In this document: positions 37,359 through 47,602 of the stretch, one piece after another
Numbering within the stretch: position 1 is the stretch's first letter
Layout of the letters: the number at the start of each line of letters is the position of its first letter
DNA from: a virus
Strand: one strand, 5' to 3'
DNA length: 64,000 nt
Virus record (IMG/VR): IMGVR_UViG_3300033153_005382
Location: 1-64,000 of that record
Notes under the pieces: generated by a model
What the model saw: the letters and a program-made list of their open reading frames with translations, nothing else
Database searches by the model: none
What the model was told of the DNA's origin: nothing
Program-made: the position numbers and the translations under genes

Positions 37359-37886
37359 TCACTCACCTACCGTGTCTCGTAATTCCGCGAAGAAGTCGAG
37401 CGTGCCGTGCATCTCGACACCGTCATCCTCGGCTGCCTCGTCGTTGGCACGGCTCGCCGCTGCCACCAGTTCGTCGTCAGTTGTCGCAGCGGTGATGCCG
37501 TATCCCTCTCGCGTTTCGTCCTTGCCGAGACATGTAATCAACCAGTCGCTCGCATCGACCTGCACGCGAGATGCCGCCTCGGTGATCCATTGCTCGACAA
37601 TATCCTTGTCGTCGTCGAACTCGTCATCACCTACGGTTTGCTCAACCGTGAACCCGGCCTCGTGCACTGTTCGTCTGGCATCCTCGACGGTGTCGAACGC
37701 GCCGCGAGCGTACGCTGACCAATCGTTGGTCGTGCCGAGCCAGCCGGTAATGAGTTCCTCGTCACTCTGGTTGGTGCGACCTGGAGTGTAGCAAATCTGC
37801 ATTACGTGCCAGGTGTCGCCGATGATGCTCCCGTCACTGGCTTTGTCATCGGGTCCAACGTACTTGCGTTCAATTAGGTAAAACAC
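37359..37886 (-). CDS. acidic hypothetical protein
   Basis: SD AGGAG precedes GTG at 37886 (VFYLIERKY). Confidence 0.6.
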   Translation of the reverse strand: MFYLIERKYVGPDDKASDGSIIGDTWHVMQICYTPGRTNQSDEELITGWLGTTNDWSAYARGAFDTVEDARRTVHEAGFTVEQTVGDDEFDDDKDIVEQWITEAASRVQVDASDWLITCLGKDETREGYGITAATTDDELVAAASRANDEAAEDDGVEMHGTLDFFAELRDTVGE

Positions 37887-38209
37887 GGTCGTTCTCCTCA
37901 GGTTAGACAGTAGGTTACAAGACGAAGTCGTCGTAATCGAAGTCGGCGTCGTACACTCTTTCGATTTCCGCTCGCAGTAGCTTCGCGGTCGTCGGATCAA
38001 CCAATTCAATGGCGATCAGCGTCGCCTCAACGTGATTTTGCGTCAGAACTCGCCGGTGCCATTTTTCCTTTGCAGCAGTGCAGAGAGCGACGCCATCCTC
38101 ACTCAACTATTATAAAACTTGCACAAGGTCTTGAGCCTTTTCATACACATCACCTCCTTCCTGATCTTGAGTCTTTCAGAAACAAACCTGTCTTTCCGTC
38201 CTATTATAG

Positions 38210-39565
38210 TTATAGCCCCTTGTCCCGTAAACCGGACAGCAGTTTGTCAAGAATATCAAAATTATTCTTGACCTTACGTCCGTCCAAAACTGCTGTGAGA
38301 ATCTCTTGCTTCTTCTGCAGAACCTTACACAACTTCTCCTCTATGGTGTCAGCCGCAACGAAGTACCTTACCCATACAGTACTTTCTGTTCCTATTCTCC
38401 AAGCACGATCCTCTCCCTGCAATGCTAATCCTGGCTGCCACGGCAGCTCGGCGAAACAGACGTTCCTGGCTACTTGTAATCCATCCAGTCCTACTCCTGC
38501 TGCCCTTAGATTACCAATGAACAACCGTACCTCTGAATCGCTCCGAAACTGCTTAACCGCCTCAATCCTCTTCTTGCTACTAGTTGATCCATCTATCACA
38601 ACTGACTTCCCTTTACAATTCCGCCTCAACGAATCAATAGCACCTGCGTGGATAGCAAACACTACAAGTTTCTCATCCGACCGTTCCAGAAACTCGTTTA
38701 TCCACTCGACTACGTATCGCATCTTCAACCTAGCTGCAAGTCTGACCAGATACCCGACCTTCGTCAATCCTTGTGAACGCTCGGCTTTCCTAGCTCGACC
38801 CTTATCCCATTCCTCTAGCCACTCTAGAAAATAACTATTCGCCTTCCGATACTCAGCCGGAGCCTTCATTGGCAACGGAATAACCGTTCTCACCTTTAGT
38901 GGAAACTGATCCAACACGTCGACTTTCCGACGTCTTACCATACACAAATCCATCAACTTGTCGTGCAATTCCCTTGTGTTCGACGCCCCATCGTACTTCC
39001 ATCCCCATGGCGTCATCTGCGGATTACAATACCGTTCAATGAACTTCCATCGGCTCCGAAACTCTCTTGGCTTCAACATCTTCAAAATCGAGTACATCTC
39101 AATGGTCCGATTCTCCATTGGCGTAGCAGACAATCCTAACACATACGGCACCCCTTTGGCCAAAGCATGACAAGCCATGGTCCGCTTCGCTTTCAAATTT
39201 GAAATCTTCTGACACTCGTCAATGATCAAAGTCCGAATTGGCAATTCCGTAAGCACTTTTAACCAATGAGTCAAGATGTCGAAATTCACAACTGTAAGAT
39301 CGACTAGGGGTAAACGCTTCCCTGGCCTCGTTCCCTCCAAAACTTGTGGCTTGACTCCTAACACCTTCTCTGCTTCCTTAGCCCATTGACATTTGATCGA
39401 GGCTGGACATACAACAACGGCTGGGGAGGCATCGTCCTTGTGCCTCCCCAGCCACCAAAGCGAACAGTTCGTCTTTCCAAGTCCAGGGTCCCACGCTACG
39501 AGAGCTCTTCCCTTGAACTCTTCGATCCTATCTAAATCCTCGACTTGGAAGTCGTACGGTTTCAT
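38210..39565 (-). CDS. SNF2/HARP-like helicase
   Basis: PGLGKT, VCPAS, DECQ, SATP..N, RRRK..V, IDG, GLD, Q.EDR..RIG. Confidence 0.93.
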   Translation of the reverse strand: MKPYDFQVEDLDRIEEFKGRALVAWDPGLGKTNCSLWWLGRHKDDASPAVVVCPASIKCQWAKEAEKVLGVKPQVLEGTRPGKRLPLVDLTVVNFDILTHWLKVLTELPIRTLIIDECQKISNLKAKRTMACHALAKGVPYVLGLSATPMENRTIEMYSILKMLKPREFRSRWKFIERYCNPQMTPWGWKYDGASNTRELHDKLMDLCMVRRRKVDVLDQFPLKVRTVIPLPMKAPAEYRKANSYFLEWLEEWDKGRARKAERSQGLTKVGYLVRLAARLKMRYVVEWINEFLERSDEKLVVFAIHAGAIDSLRRNCKGKSVVIDGSTSSKKRIEAVKQFRSDSEVRLFIGNLRAAGVGLDGLQVARNVCFAELPWQPGLALQGEDRAWRIGTESTVWVRYFVAADTIEEKLCKVLQKKQEILTAVLDGRKVKNNFDILDKLLSGLRDKGL

Positions 39566-39798
39566 TTAATCTTACTTTCGGTTACTGCCTTGACTTCATC
39601 GAAGTGCTTCCTACACACAGTCACTCCGCATCCTCCTTCGACGTCGAACTCAACATACCCCTTGGCTGAGCACTGCACAGGCTTGCCCGCCCGATCCAAT
39701 CCGACTTCCCTCTGGCACTTGGCCTTACTCGGCTTTAGGCTCATCAACTTCATAACGTGGTCTCCTTTTTGGTAGTCCAATACTCTCGATCGTCCCAA
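39562..39798 (-). CDS. hypothetical Zn-binding protein
   Basis: C...C...VC..H; coupled to the SNF2 gene. Confidence 0.45.
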   Translation of the reverse strand: MGRSRVLDYQKGDHVMKLMSLKPSKAKCQREVGLDRAGKPVQCSAKGYVEFDVEGGCGVTVCRKHFDEVKAVTESKIK

Positions 39799-39938
39799 TG
39801 CCTCTCGGTCCGATTCAGTCCCTTACGATCATCCTCTGCCTCTGTCTTTGTATCATATGGGCCATATGGCCCGTCCTCTTCGTCTCCTACGATCCACCAA
39901 CTATTTCCCATTCGTCTGACGGTAAATCGCATAATCAA
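39750..39938 (-). CDS. hypothetical protein
   Basis: SD AGGAGG; GPYDT..EA motif. Confidence 0.6.
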   Translation of the reverse strand: MIMRFTVRRMGNSWWIVGDEEDGPYGPYDTKTEAEDDRKGLNRTERHWDDREYWTTKKETTL

Positions 39939-39975
39939 TCCTCCTTTCTATTATAGCCTAGATCCTTGGAACGTT

Positions 39976-40503
39976 CTAATCAACTTCCCACTTCTTCGGC
40001 TCACTCTCCCGGTGCTCTTTCAACTCCTTCTGCAAATCCCTCAATATCAAATTCCACTGCTTCCACTTCCTACTGATCTTCCTCGCTCTCGGAGTCTCGG
40101 CCATTGTGGAGAACTTTACCCGACGAGGCTTTTGGGATTTTCCTATTTCGACGATGTCGTGCATGGGAACACCTACATATCGATGCCACAACTCAGTCAC
40201 AAACGTGGCGAACACTGGTCCATGCTGATATCCTTGCGTCAGTACATGAGCTACTTCGTGTAACACAACACACTTCGTCCATGACCACTCTGGCAGAACG
40301 ATTCTCCAACTACTAGCCCTAGCATCCCAATTTCTCCGACCCTTAACGACTCTCGGAGGATTCGAACCTGAACGATAGTCCTCCCAAACCTCTGCGACCA
40401 GGGATTTGCATTGCTCCCACGTCAAACGTTCCTCCAACTCCGGAAAGGTCTCACGAACCTTTTCCTCCCACCTATACACTGCACTCCTTTGACTATCCTT
40501 CAT
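39976..40503 (-). CDS. SprT-like HExxH zinc metallopeptidase
   Basis: VVLHEVAHVL....HGP.F; ATGA-coupled start MKDSQR. Confidence 0.7.
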   Translation of the reverse strand: MKDSQRSAVYRWEEKVRETFPELEERLTWEQCKSLVAEVWEDYRSGSNPPRVVKGRRNWDARASSWRIVLPEWSWTKCVVLHEVAHVLTQGYQHGPVFATFVTELWHRYVGVPMHDIVEIGKSQKPRRVKFSTMAETPRARKISRKWKQWNLILRDLQKELKEHRESEPKKWEVD

Positions 40504-41000
40504 ATGGCATCTCCTATCTCGTTGAACACATTGTGCCACCGACATAGTGACCACTTCCATTCCTTAAAACACTTCCTCACGGCTTCCTCTCGGTCCTGCT
40601 TTCTTAGCCATGACTTGACAATCTCATCGCTCGTCTCCGTGATGGCGATGATCAATTTCCTAGCATCGTCAGACAACTCGAACATCAAAGTCCTCAACCG
40701 GTCCTGTCCTTGACCTGGATTACCATCCATGGTAGACCCATTGTTCTTGAACCTCTGCGACTGCTTGATACACTTCTTACGTCGAATCAACAACCCTCCC
40801 CTCACCTGCCAATAGACCCAAGTCGAAAACTTCGTTCCCCGACTTGGATCATAGGTCAAATAGGCCCGCGTATACCACTCCATGGCGGTCCCGATACGAT
40901 CTTCGACTGAGCACTGATCACAACACTGAATCTGCCTAGCTAACTTGAAAATCAAAAGACGGACATCTTCATACGTTTCTTCCTTTGCTTCGGCAATCAT
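40500..41000 (-). CDS. sigma-70 region-2-like phage sigma factor
   Basis: LI.KLA ... ED ... A...YDPSRGTKFSTW.YW.VR; SD AGGAGG. Confidence 0.75.
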   Translation of the reverse strand: MIAEAKEETYEDVRLLIFKLARQIQCCDQCSVEDRIGTAMEWYTRAYLTYDPSRGTKFSTWVYWQVRGGLLIRRKKCIKQSQRFKNNGSTMDGNPGQGQDRLRTLMFELSDDARKLIIAITETSDEIVKSWLRKQDREEAVRKCFKEWKWSLCRWHNVFNEIGDAI

Positions 41001-41012
41001 GACCGCCTCCTT

Positions 41013-41300
41013 TCAGTCTATGACCCATCCGTCGTTCACTAATGACTCCACATCCTCATACTCCCACGTGTCTGCCCTCTGCAAAGCTTCCCTACTAATC
41101 GCAAACACATTGATCAAATACACTACCGGATACGCTTCCCTTGCCCCTTTCAGAGCAAAGACAATTCCCAGCTTTACCTCACCGTCCCTCGTTCTTTTTA
41201 CAGGGGCAGCAAGAAGTCCTCCCCAAGACCTCCAACGCTTAACATCCTTCAAGTACAAAAACGAACGTTCCCTTCTTGTAAGTCCTGCTACCGCAACCAT
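41013..41300 (-). CDS. hypothetical protein
   Basis: SD AAGGAG; C-terminal YED.E.LV.DGW.ID. Confidence 0.6.
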   Translation of the reverse strand: MVAVAGLTRRERSFLYLKDVKRWRSWGGLLAAPVKRTRDGEVKLGIVFALKGAREAYPVVYLINVFAISREALQRADTWEYEDVESLVNDGWVID

Positions 41301-41367
41301 TGCAACACTCCTTTCAATCCAATGTCTAAATTGTCAAACTCCTCTTCCCTGTTCCTACGATCGACTT

Positions 41368-41586
41368 CTACTGCTTCATCCCTACCGACAATCCATGACT
41401 GTGACCATGGTGGGCATGTGCATGGGCATGTCCCGTCTTATGCTTGACTGTGACCTCTCCACCGACAAGCTCTGCCAAGGCCTCAAGCATTTCATCAGCA
41501 GACTGATGGTTCTTGCCACTGACAGCATCAGTCTCGATCGTTATCGTACCGTCCTCTAATATCTCAAACTTGATCGTATCCATCAA
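41368..41586 (-). CDS. DUF2997-like protein with a His-rich tail
   Basis: I.FEI..DG.I.IET..V.G; context with AAA and DUF1257. Confidence 0.65.
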   Translation of the reverse strand: MMDTIKFEILEDGTITIETDAVSGKNHQSADEMLEALAELVGGEVTVKHKTGHAHAHAHHGHSHGLSVGMKQ

Positions 41587-41838
41587 ATCTCTCCTTTCTT
41601 GGTTCCAACGAACATCACTCGGGATGGCCGCTGATTGCTCAACTCTGTCGACTGCAAGATACTGCAGTCCCGTAGGCCTTGATCTTGTCCTCCAAAACGA
41701 GATGCCACGGCTTTTTGATTTCCTCGATTACCTGTCTTAACAGCTCACCGAGTTTATCTCTGAACTCTGGATCGGCCTTGTTGACCATTCCAATAACAGT
41801 GCCGGGATACTGTTTCTTGTAATCCATTTCGTTCCTCC

Positions 41839-42150
41839 TTAGAATCGACGGAGAACACCTCTCGTCTCAGTCTCGGATTTCCTTGTCCACATATTCATCT
41901 TAGCGACCCTATCCAACGCTGCAGACGAATATGCCCGTTTCAACTGGTTCAGCTTCGACTGCTGCCACTCCTCCAACTTAGCCTCCTGTCTTCTTAGGTC
42001 AATCTCAATTCCTTCGTTTTCCCTCGTCAACATTATCCTGTCCGCGTGCTCTGTAAACCCCCATCCTAAGTTCGTCAGAGCCTTGATCAACAAACCCTTG
42101 TGCTGAGCCTGAAACTCAACACTCATTGTCCTCACTTCGTAACACGGCAT
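41839..42150 (-). CDS. DUF1257 (Ycf35)-like protein
   Basis: L..AL..LG ... L...YS; context. Confidence 0.55.
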   Translation of the reverse strand: MPCYEVRTMSVEFQAQHKGLLIKALTNLGWGFTEHADRIMLTRENEGIEIDLRRQEAKLEEWQQSKLNQLKRAYSSAALDRVAKMNMWTRKSETETRGVLRRF

Positions 42151-42604
42151 TGGATCGATCCTCCTTCTTGGACTGGTTCTCGTCTTGACTGACTATTTCG
42201 GACAGAATTTTCAGTTCAGGCAAAACAGTCTGTCCCAACTCCTCATTCAATCTCACCAACTCCTTGGCGATTATACCTACAGCATACCTCAACTGTTTCA
42301 CAGTTCCCATGGCCGTCCCCCCATTGGCTTTGCTTTTTGTCCTGTGCGGCCAATTCCCTTTGATATAGCCCTCCGACCTCATCGCTACTGCAAACGACGT
42401 CAACGCGGACTCGGTTGTCTCCGCTCCGATCTCTTCGTGAATCAGGTCTACGGCTTTGTCCCTTGTAATATCGCTCTCCTGTATTCGTTTCCAGTTGTTC
42501 TCCAGCCAACGACGAATCGCATACGCTTGACTGGCCATAACTTGTTCTCCTGTGTTACGGTTGCCTGAGTCCTCAAATATAACCCCTAACCCTATGGACA
42601 TCAA
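42116..42604 (-). CDS. hypothetical protein
   Basis: ORF; likely start MASQAY. Confidence 0.5.
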   Translation of the reverse strand: MMSIGLGVIFEDSGNRNTGEQVMASQAYAIRRWLENNWKRIQESDITRDKAVDLIHEEIGAETTESALTSFAVAMRSEGYIKGNWPHRTKSKANGGTAMGTVKQLRYAVGIIAKELVRLNEELGQTVLPELKILSEIVSQDENQSKKEDRSNAVLRSEDNEC

Positions 42605-42624
42605 TAGCCCTGCCTTACACTACA

Positions 42625-44103
42625 TCAGTTCAACTCCATCTTCCTCGTCCGAGTGTCCTTCTCGATCCTGAACAATCCAAGCTCCGATGCGGATAGGTAC
42701 CGGCCATCGCAATCCTTACGAAGCTTTTCGATCCTTTCCCTATCCTGCGTGTACACCGGTATGACATACTGAGCAGCTTCGGTCAAACTACAATCAAACT
42801 CATATGAGTTATCGCAGCAGTTCTCGATTTCTGCTCCAGTCCAATTCGTATCGTTCGGTATGTCTTGGTTCGGATCCAAGTCATACTTCCTAAGGTAATG
42901 CTGCCATATCGACTCCCGCTCCTCCTTGGTCGGAAGATCGACAAAGAAAGTACCGCAGCGAAACCTCCTCCTCAACTCCGGCGGGAGCGAACTAATCGAA
43001 TTGCACGTCGCGATCCAGAACGACTCCCCTCCAGTCACTGACGTCACTACCTTCAAATTCGACCGCATGGCCGTCTCTGACTCCCCAACGAGCGATCCCT
43101 TCATCCCATTGAGATCAAACGCAATGGTCGGTACTCCAGCTTGGTTTCCCATCGCCTTCGCAATCAATGACTTGCCAGTTCCAGGAGGGCCAATCAAAAT
43201 TATCCCTCGAACCTTGAAGTCCTGCATGTAGGTCAGCAACTGTTGCAGAAACCCCTGCGACACTCCTGACGAATCGCCGCCAGCGGTCGAACTGCCTGCG
43301 ATCATCTTCTCGATCTCGTCGATGAACACAATCCCTTTTGGTGGTTTCCTTCCGTCGATGACCATCTTGCCGAACTGTTTCAAGTTCGCCAGTCCTTGTA
43401 TGTCATCAAAACTCTCGTTGCCCTGCCAGATCGAAATTCCCTTCTGCTGTTCCACTTGCCGCCGCTTGGCTTCCCAAACTCCCTCAGCGTCGACACCGTC
43501 CTTTAGAATGTTCATTGCAACGATATTCTCAGCCGCTCCGAGCGGCAATCCTCTAACGGCATCTACGACCTGAGCCTTGGTCCTATCCTCCATCCGTGCC
43601 CTACCTTTGACGACTTCACTGGCCTGCTCGTCAAGCATTCCTACCATGCTGCCCAACGCCTCATCATCCGGATACTCCTCCTCGAGAATCACTACATCGT
43701 TTGCCAAACTGGCTGGCAGTGTCAAGGTCGCCCCTAACAAAACGACCATCCGTTGCGTTGCCTTATACGGATTCCTCAAATTCCAAATGCCCTGCCGAAC
43801 AGTCGACTCGTTCAGCCACTCATCCATTCCCAAGACGAACATCACGATCCCTTCGGGCAACTCGGGTGCGGCGTCCATCAACATGGCCGTTGGGTTGCCT
43901 ATGACCTCACTATTCGCATAGGCCATCCCAAGTTCGTTCACACCCCAAATACCCCGAATACAATCCCAAGCGACGACCGGCGTGTTGCCATTGACTGCTT
44001 CTGTAATCTCCTCGATGGTAGCTGTGGGATCGGGAGTCTCGACTCCTGTCAACGGTACGCCTGCTCGTCTGGCTCTTCTGAATTGCTCAACCAAACTCAT
44101 CAC
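42625..44103 (-). CDS. Ycf46-like AAA+ ATPase
   Basis: Inactive N-domain (WD...G), F.DI.GL..LK, GPPGTGKS, SLVGESE, ATCN....LPPEL.RRF, WTGAEIE. Confidence 0.85.
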   Translation of the reverse strand: MMSLVEQFRRARRAGVPLTGVETPDPTATIEEITEAVNGNTPVVAWDCIRGIWGVNELGMAYANSEVIGNPTAMLMDAAPELPEGIVMFVLGMDEWLNESTVRQGIWNLRNPYKATQRMVVLLGATLTLPASLANDVVILEEEYPDDEALGSMVGMLDEQASEVVKGRARMEDRTKAQVVDAVRGLPLGAAENIVAMNILKDGVDAEGVWEAKRRQVEQQKGISIWQGNESFDDIQGLANLKQFGKMVIDGRKPPKGIVFIDEIEKMIAGSSTAGGDSSGVSQGFLQQLLTYMQDFKVRGIILIGPPGTGKSLIAKAMGNQAGVPTIAFDLNGMKGSLVGESETAMRSNLKVVTSVTGGESFWIATCNSISSLPPELRRRFRCGTFFVDLPTKEERESIWQHYLRKYDLDPNQDIPNDTNWTGAEIENCCDNSYEFDCSLTEAAQYVIPVYTQDRERIEKLRKDCDGRYLSASELGLFRIEKDTRTRKMELN

Positions 44104-44168
44104 TATTCTCCTTATACTGGTGGAAAGACAAACGGCCCCTTCTCTGCTCCTACCTCACTCTCCTTGCC

Positions 44169-45041
44169 TCACTCGTCGAAGCTGAACTTCCGCTTCGTTT
44201 TCGTTACCAACCTTTCCAATCCTTTGGAAACCTCAGACAGTTCCTTGGTGACCTTGGCCTTCACATCACTCACCCGCAAGTCAGAAGCATCCTTGCCGTC
44301 GAGAATGTCCTGTGCCTTCGTGGCCAACGCTGCCAGTTCCCTGTCCTTCAACACATTCCTCTTGCTGAACAGATCCAAAAACTCCTTGACCTTCTCGACG
44401 GCTCTTGGGTGGAGCTTGCTCTTCGTTCCATCGGGGGATTCCTTAAGCTGACTAAGCAGATGCGTAATCAACTTGGACAGTCCGACTTGTAATGCAACAG
44501 AGACCTGACCTTCAGCCACCTCCCACTTGGCCTTTGCCTTCTTCAACTCCTTCTCGTACAACACTTCACCTAGCGTTGCGTTGTCAGGAGTCTGGAACTC
44601 GAGCAACTGCCAATCCAACCCAAACGCTCTTCGAATCCGCTCAACGCTTGGGAACTGCCGTTCGTCGAACTGTGACCTCAGCCTCTTCTTCGCGTCCTCC
44701 TTAATCGCTGGCCAATCCTTCGACAACTGCTTGGCAGCTTCGTCATACTCTTCCTTGGCCTTCTCCAATATCTCATAGCAATCTTCCAAGCAGTCGACTG
44801 GCATCAAGTACGTTCCGTTCTTAAACGGACTCGGCAACGCATACCGTGCCAACTTCTTCCTCACCGTGGTTCGTATCGATGCCGTCTTGTTGTAATACGG
44901 AGACCTGAAAATCTCCTTAGACATTTTCAACGAATCCGCATCAGCATCTACATCGACATCCGACAAAGATGCCGGTCGAGCCGCATTCGGCGTGTGAAAA
45001 TTCACATCCAACACCACCGTCGCTTTCTGTAACCTACTCAT
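44169..45041 (-). CDS. DUF3150-like protein
   Basis: G.YL.P, Y/FPS...I...F pattern; upstream of the AAA gene. Confidence 0.5.
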   Translation of the reverse strand: MSRLQKATVVLDVNFHTPNAARPASLSDVDVDADADSLKMSKEIFRSPYYNKTASIRTTVRKKLARYALPSPFKNGTYLMPVDCLEDCYEILEKAKEEYDEAAKQLSKDWPAIKEDAKKRLRSQFDERQFPSVERIRRAFGLDWQLLEFQTPDNATLGEVLYEKELKKAKAKWEVAEGQVSVALQVGLSKLITHLLSQLKESPDGTKSKLHPRAVEKVKEFLDLFSKRNVLKDRELAALATKAQDILDGKDASDLRVSDVKAKVTKELSEVSKGLERLVTKTKRKFSFDE

Positions 45042-45205
45042 CTCTTTCTCCTTTTCAATTTCCTGAACCTAACTAACAATCACCTACCCGTTCCGCTGAC
45101 TACCACCAATAGGTCTCAAACAGCCTAACTCCTCCAACTCCGTGATCCAACTCCTTTTTGTTCGCTTTGCTTTGGAAAGACCGACTCTCGTCCTTGCCCC
45201 ATTGT

Positions 45206-45637
45206 CTAATACAACGGTCTGTGAAAGAACAAACCACACCGACGGCACTCCATCGACACATCTCCATAATCCAAAGTACATGTCGACTGATCCTCCCAGT
45301 CGTGTCCTTCAGCCCAACACTGTGATGCCGAGTACATCGAATCGACGAACCCTTGATACTCGACGATCCAAGGCAAACAAGTCAGACACCCGATCACTCG
45401 TCCCCACTTTCCTTTGTCGCCCCACGACTCGCAGATCTGATCCCAGTGGTCCTCGATAAAGCTTTGCACCGTCAGTCCTTCATAAGGCATTCCTTCTACC
45501 TCATGGGGCATTCCCGACGTGGCCTCCTCAATCCATTGTCCCATTTGTCTAGTCCAATCACTCTTGAACCGTGGAACCTGGACATTCGACTCATCTTGTC
45601 CTCGTACTTGAAAGCCCATCGTTCTTTCCTTTCTCAA
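45206..45637 (-). CDS. hypothetical early protein
   Basis: C..EGHDW ... CRRCG. Confidence 0.55.
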   Translation of the reverse strand: MRKERTMGFQVRGQDESNVQVPRFKSDWTRQMGQWIEEATSGMPHEVEGMPYEGLTVQSFIEDHWDQICESWGDKGKWGRVIGCLTCLPWIVEYQGFVDSMYSASQCWAEGHDWEDQSTCTLDYGDVSMECRRCGLFFHRPLY

Positions 45638-45849
45638 TACGTGTAGAAGTAGCCACCATGGTTACAGCCTACCCGACCACACTTGATAACCTTAAAGTCC
45701 AACTCAATCTCCTGCAATGACATCTTGAACGTTCCCGTCAAGATGAACACCGTTCTTGTGTCCACCTTAATGGCCCGATCCAAGCCCACACTTATACGGG
45801 GATTCGGAATCCAAAACGCATCGCCGATTTCGAGTTCCCTGAACATCAC
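45634..45849 (-). CDS. hypothetical early protein
   Basis: SD AGGAGG; F.EL.IGD.F. Confidence 0.55.
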   Translation of the reverse strand: MMFRELEIGDAFWIPNPRISVGLDRAIKVDTRTVFILTGTFKMSLQEIELDFKVIKCGRVGCNHGGYFYTY

Positions 45850-45858
45850 TGTCCTCCT

Positions 45859-46227
45859 TTATTCTGCCCCATCGAATACTCTTCCATGGGCGAAGTCGTC
45901 CCACCCGTCGGCAGCGTCCTTCTCCAAACTGACAACTGCCTTTTTGAACATATCGCTGAGCTCCTTCTCAGACTCAGCTGCATCTGCCAAACTGGCGAGC
46001 ATTACAAACTCCTTCCAGTTCAAGCAATCACCAACAAAATCCTCCGGGTCGTAGGGCAGTCTCTCGACCATTCTATCAATCACTACCTTGTCCACTTGAC
46101 CAACCGCAACAGCATTGATCAACTGGTACAACGAAACATCTGCATCCTCGTCGCCCCTGAACCAATCACCTCTCTCCCTACTTGATTGGATCCTGCCTTT
46201 CGAGAAATCAAATCTTGGTAATTTCAT
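45859..46227 (-). CDS. hypothetical early protein
   Basis: SD GAGGAGG. Confidence 0.6.
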   Translation of the reverse strand: MKLPRFDFSKGRIQSSRERGDWFRGDEDADVSLYQLINAVAVGQVDKVVIDRMVERLPYDPEDFVGDCLNWKEFVMLASLADAAESEKELSDMFKKAVVSLEKDAADGWDDFAHGRVFDGAE

Positions 46228-46392
46228 TGATCAACCCTCCTCTTGTGTTACTTGTTCTGACGATTAACAACTGCTCAAAATCGTCGAGCAACGGGATACA
46301 CTGACCCAACTGCTCCCTGTCGAACACCATCGCCTCGTCTTTCATGCCGGGCATGAAACACATATCCTCCTGGCTCCTCTTCCCTTCCTCAA

Positions 46393-46959
46393 CTAGAATT
46401 CGCCAACGAAATTGATCTCGTCGACCAGCCTGATTTCAGCTTCTTCCTCGTCCATTCCATACCCACCTACCATGCTCATCCAATATTGCATCAACCCATG
46501 ATAATAATCCTCCCAGGTCAACTCTGGCTTGGGTTTCCCTCCTTTGCTAGGCCATCCGTCATACGGCTCTGCCAGATGCTCACAACCGATGTTCGTCAAA
46601 GCCCGACAGCAGAGTTCCTGACAATACTCGTCGCCACTCTCACACCTCTTCTTCAGTTCCCACAAGCTGCTAATCGGCTTGTACTGAAGAACCTTGAACC
46701 GCACCCAAAAGTACGAGTTCTTCCTCACTCCTTCGCTGCCTTTGAACGTGGCCCAATGATCGCCTTTGTCGACGACTTGGATCCTGAACAACTTCCTGAT
46801 GTCCTTCTCTAGATCCTCCTCCGAGCGTCCATGCTTATAAAAGTATCCTCTCCGAACTGTCCACTCCCCTTCCTTCCGGTGGTTCGTGACATGTCCCTTG
46901 TCGTCATTGGAACCGAAATTCTCATGCAAGATCGTCCTGATTTCCTTAGCCGTTTTCAT
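46393..46959 (-). CDS. hypothetical early protein (first gene after the leader)
   Basis: SD AAGGAG. Confidence 0.65.
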   Translation of the reverse strand: MKTAKEIRTILHENFGSNDDKGHVTNHRKEGEWTVRRGYFYKHGRSEEDLEKDIRKLFRIQVVDKGDHWATFKGSEGVRKNSYFWVRFKVLQYKPISSLWELKKRCESGDEYCQELCCRALTNIGCEHLAEPYDGWPSKGGKPKPELTWEDYYHGLMQYWMSMVGGYGMDEEEAEIRLVDEINFVGEF

Positions 46960-47180
46960 GACTCATCTCCTTGGATTGTGCCCGCCTACCCTCGGACGGT
47001 TCGTGGAAGATCGACTCTGTCTCACTCTCCTTCAGGGTTTCGAGGTAACTCATTCAGCATGGGGTACCAATCCCCACAGACCCTTAAGGGCTAGCTCGGG
47101 CAGGAGTCGAATTCGACTCCTCACATAACGCCTGGTCCGTCGGGTTCTGAGAGTCTGTGCTCTGTGCTGTTTCCCAAACC

Positions 47181-47296
47181 TACTGAAGGCTTGCTCCGTG
47201 TTCGATAAGGTACGAGCAGAACGTTTACTGGAGGCCTGCTCCGTGTTCAACGTTTGCTGATTGACTGAGTCTACTGGAGGCCTGCTCCGTGTTCAA
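47181..47296. repeat. three 25-bp direct repeats with 20- and 21-nt unique spacers
   Basis: tactggaggcctgctccgtgttcaa at 47226 and 47272; 3-mismatch copy at 47181. Confidence 0.9.
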
Positions 47297-47590
47297 TCTC
47301 AGCCGAGAACCCGACCCGCTACTTGCGTCGCGTTAACTAGATCCTGCTAGTAATACGTATCCGACTTACTCCTGCGGTGGGTCAGGGGACTGGTGGAAAT
47401 GCATTATCCCGAGCTATTTGGTTGCTTTCCCGGCTGGAAACTGGGCTTATTGACAATGCCAGTTATTGCGGGGGATCGACTGGGGGCCTGTCCCTTGTGT
47501 CTTGGCTGGGCGGGATGTTATTCGCTACTTGTGCCACCGCCTCAGCCCCCGTTTTCCTGGGGGACCTCGTCTTGGTCGATGCCGTCTGAA

Positions 47591-47602
47591 TTGTGAAAGA
47601 AC
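47591..47602 (-). promoter_or_regulatory. boxA-like antitermination site
   Basis: GTTCTTTCACAA about 43 nt after the predicted start, compared with boxA GCTCTTTAACAA. Confidence 0.55.
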
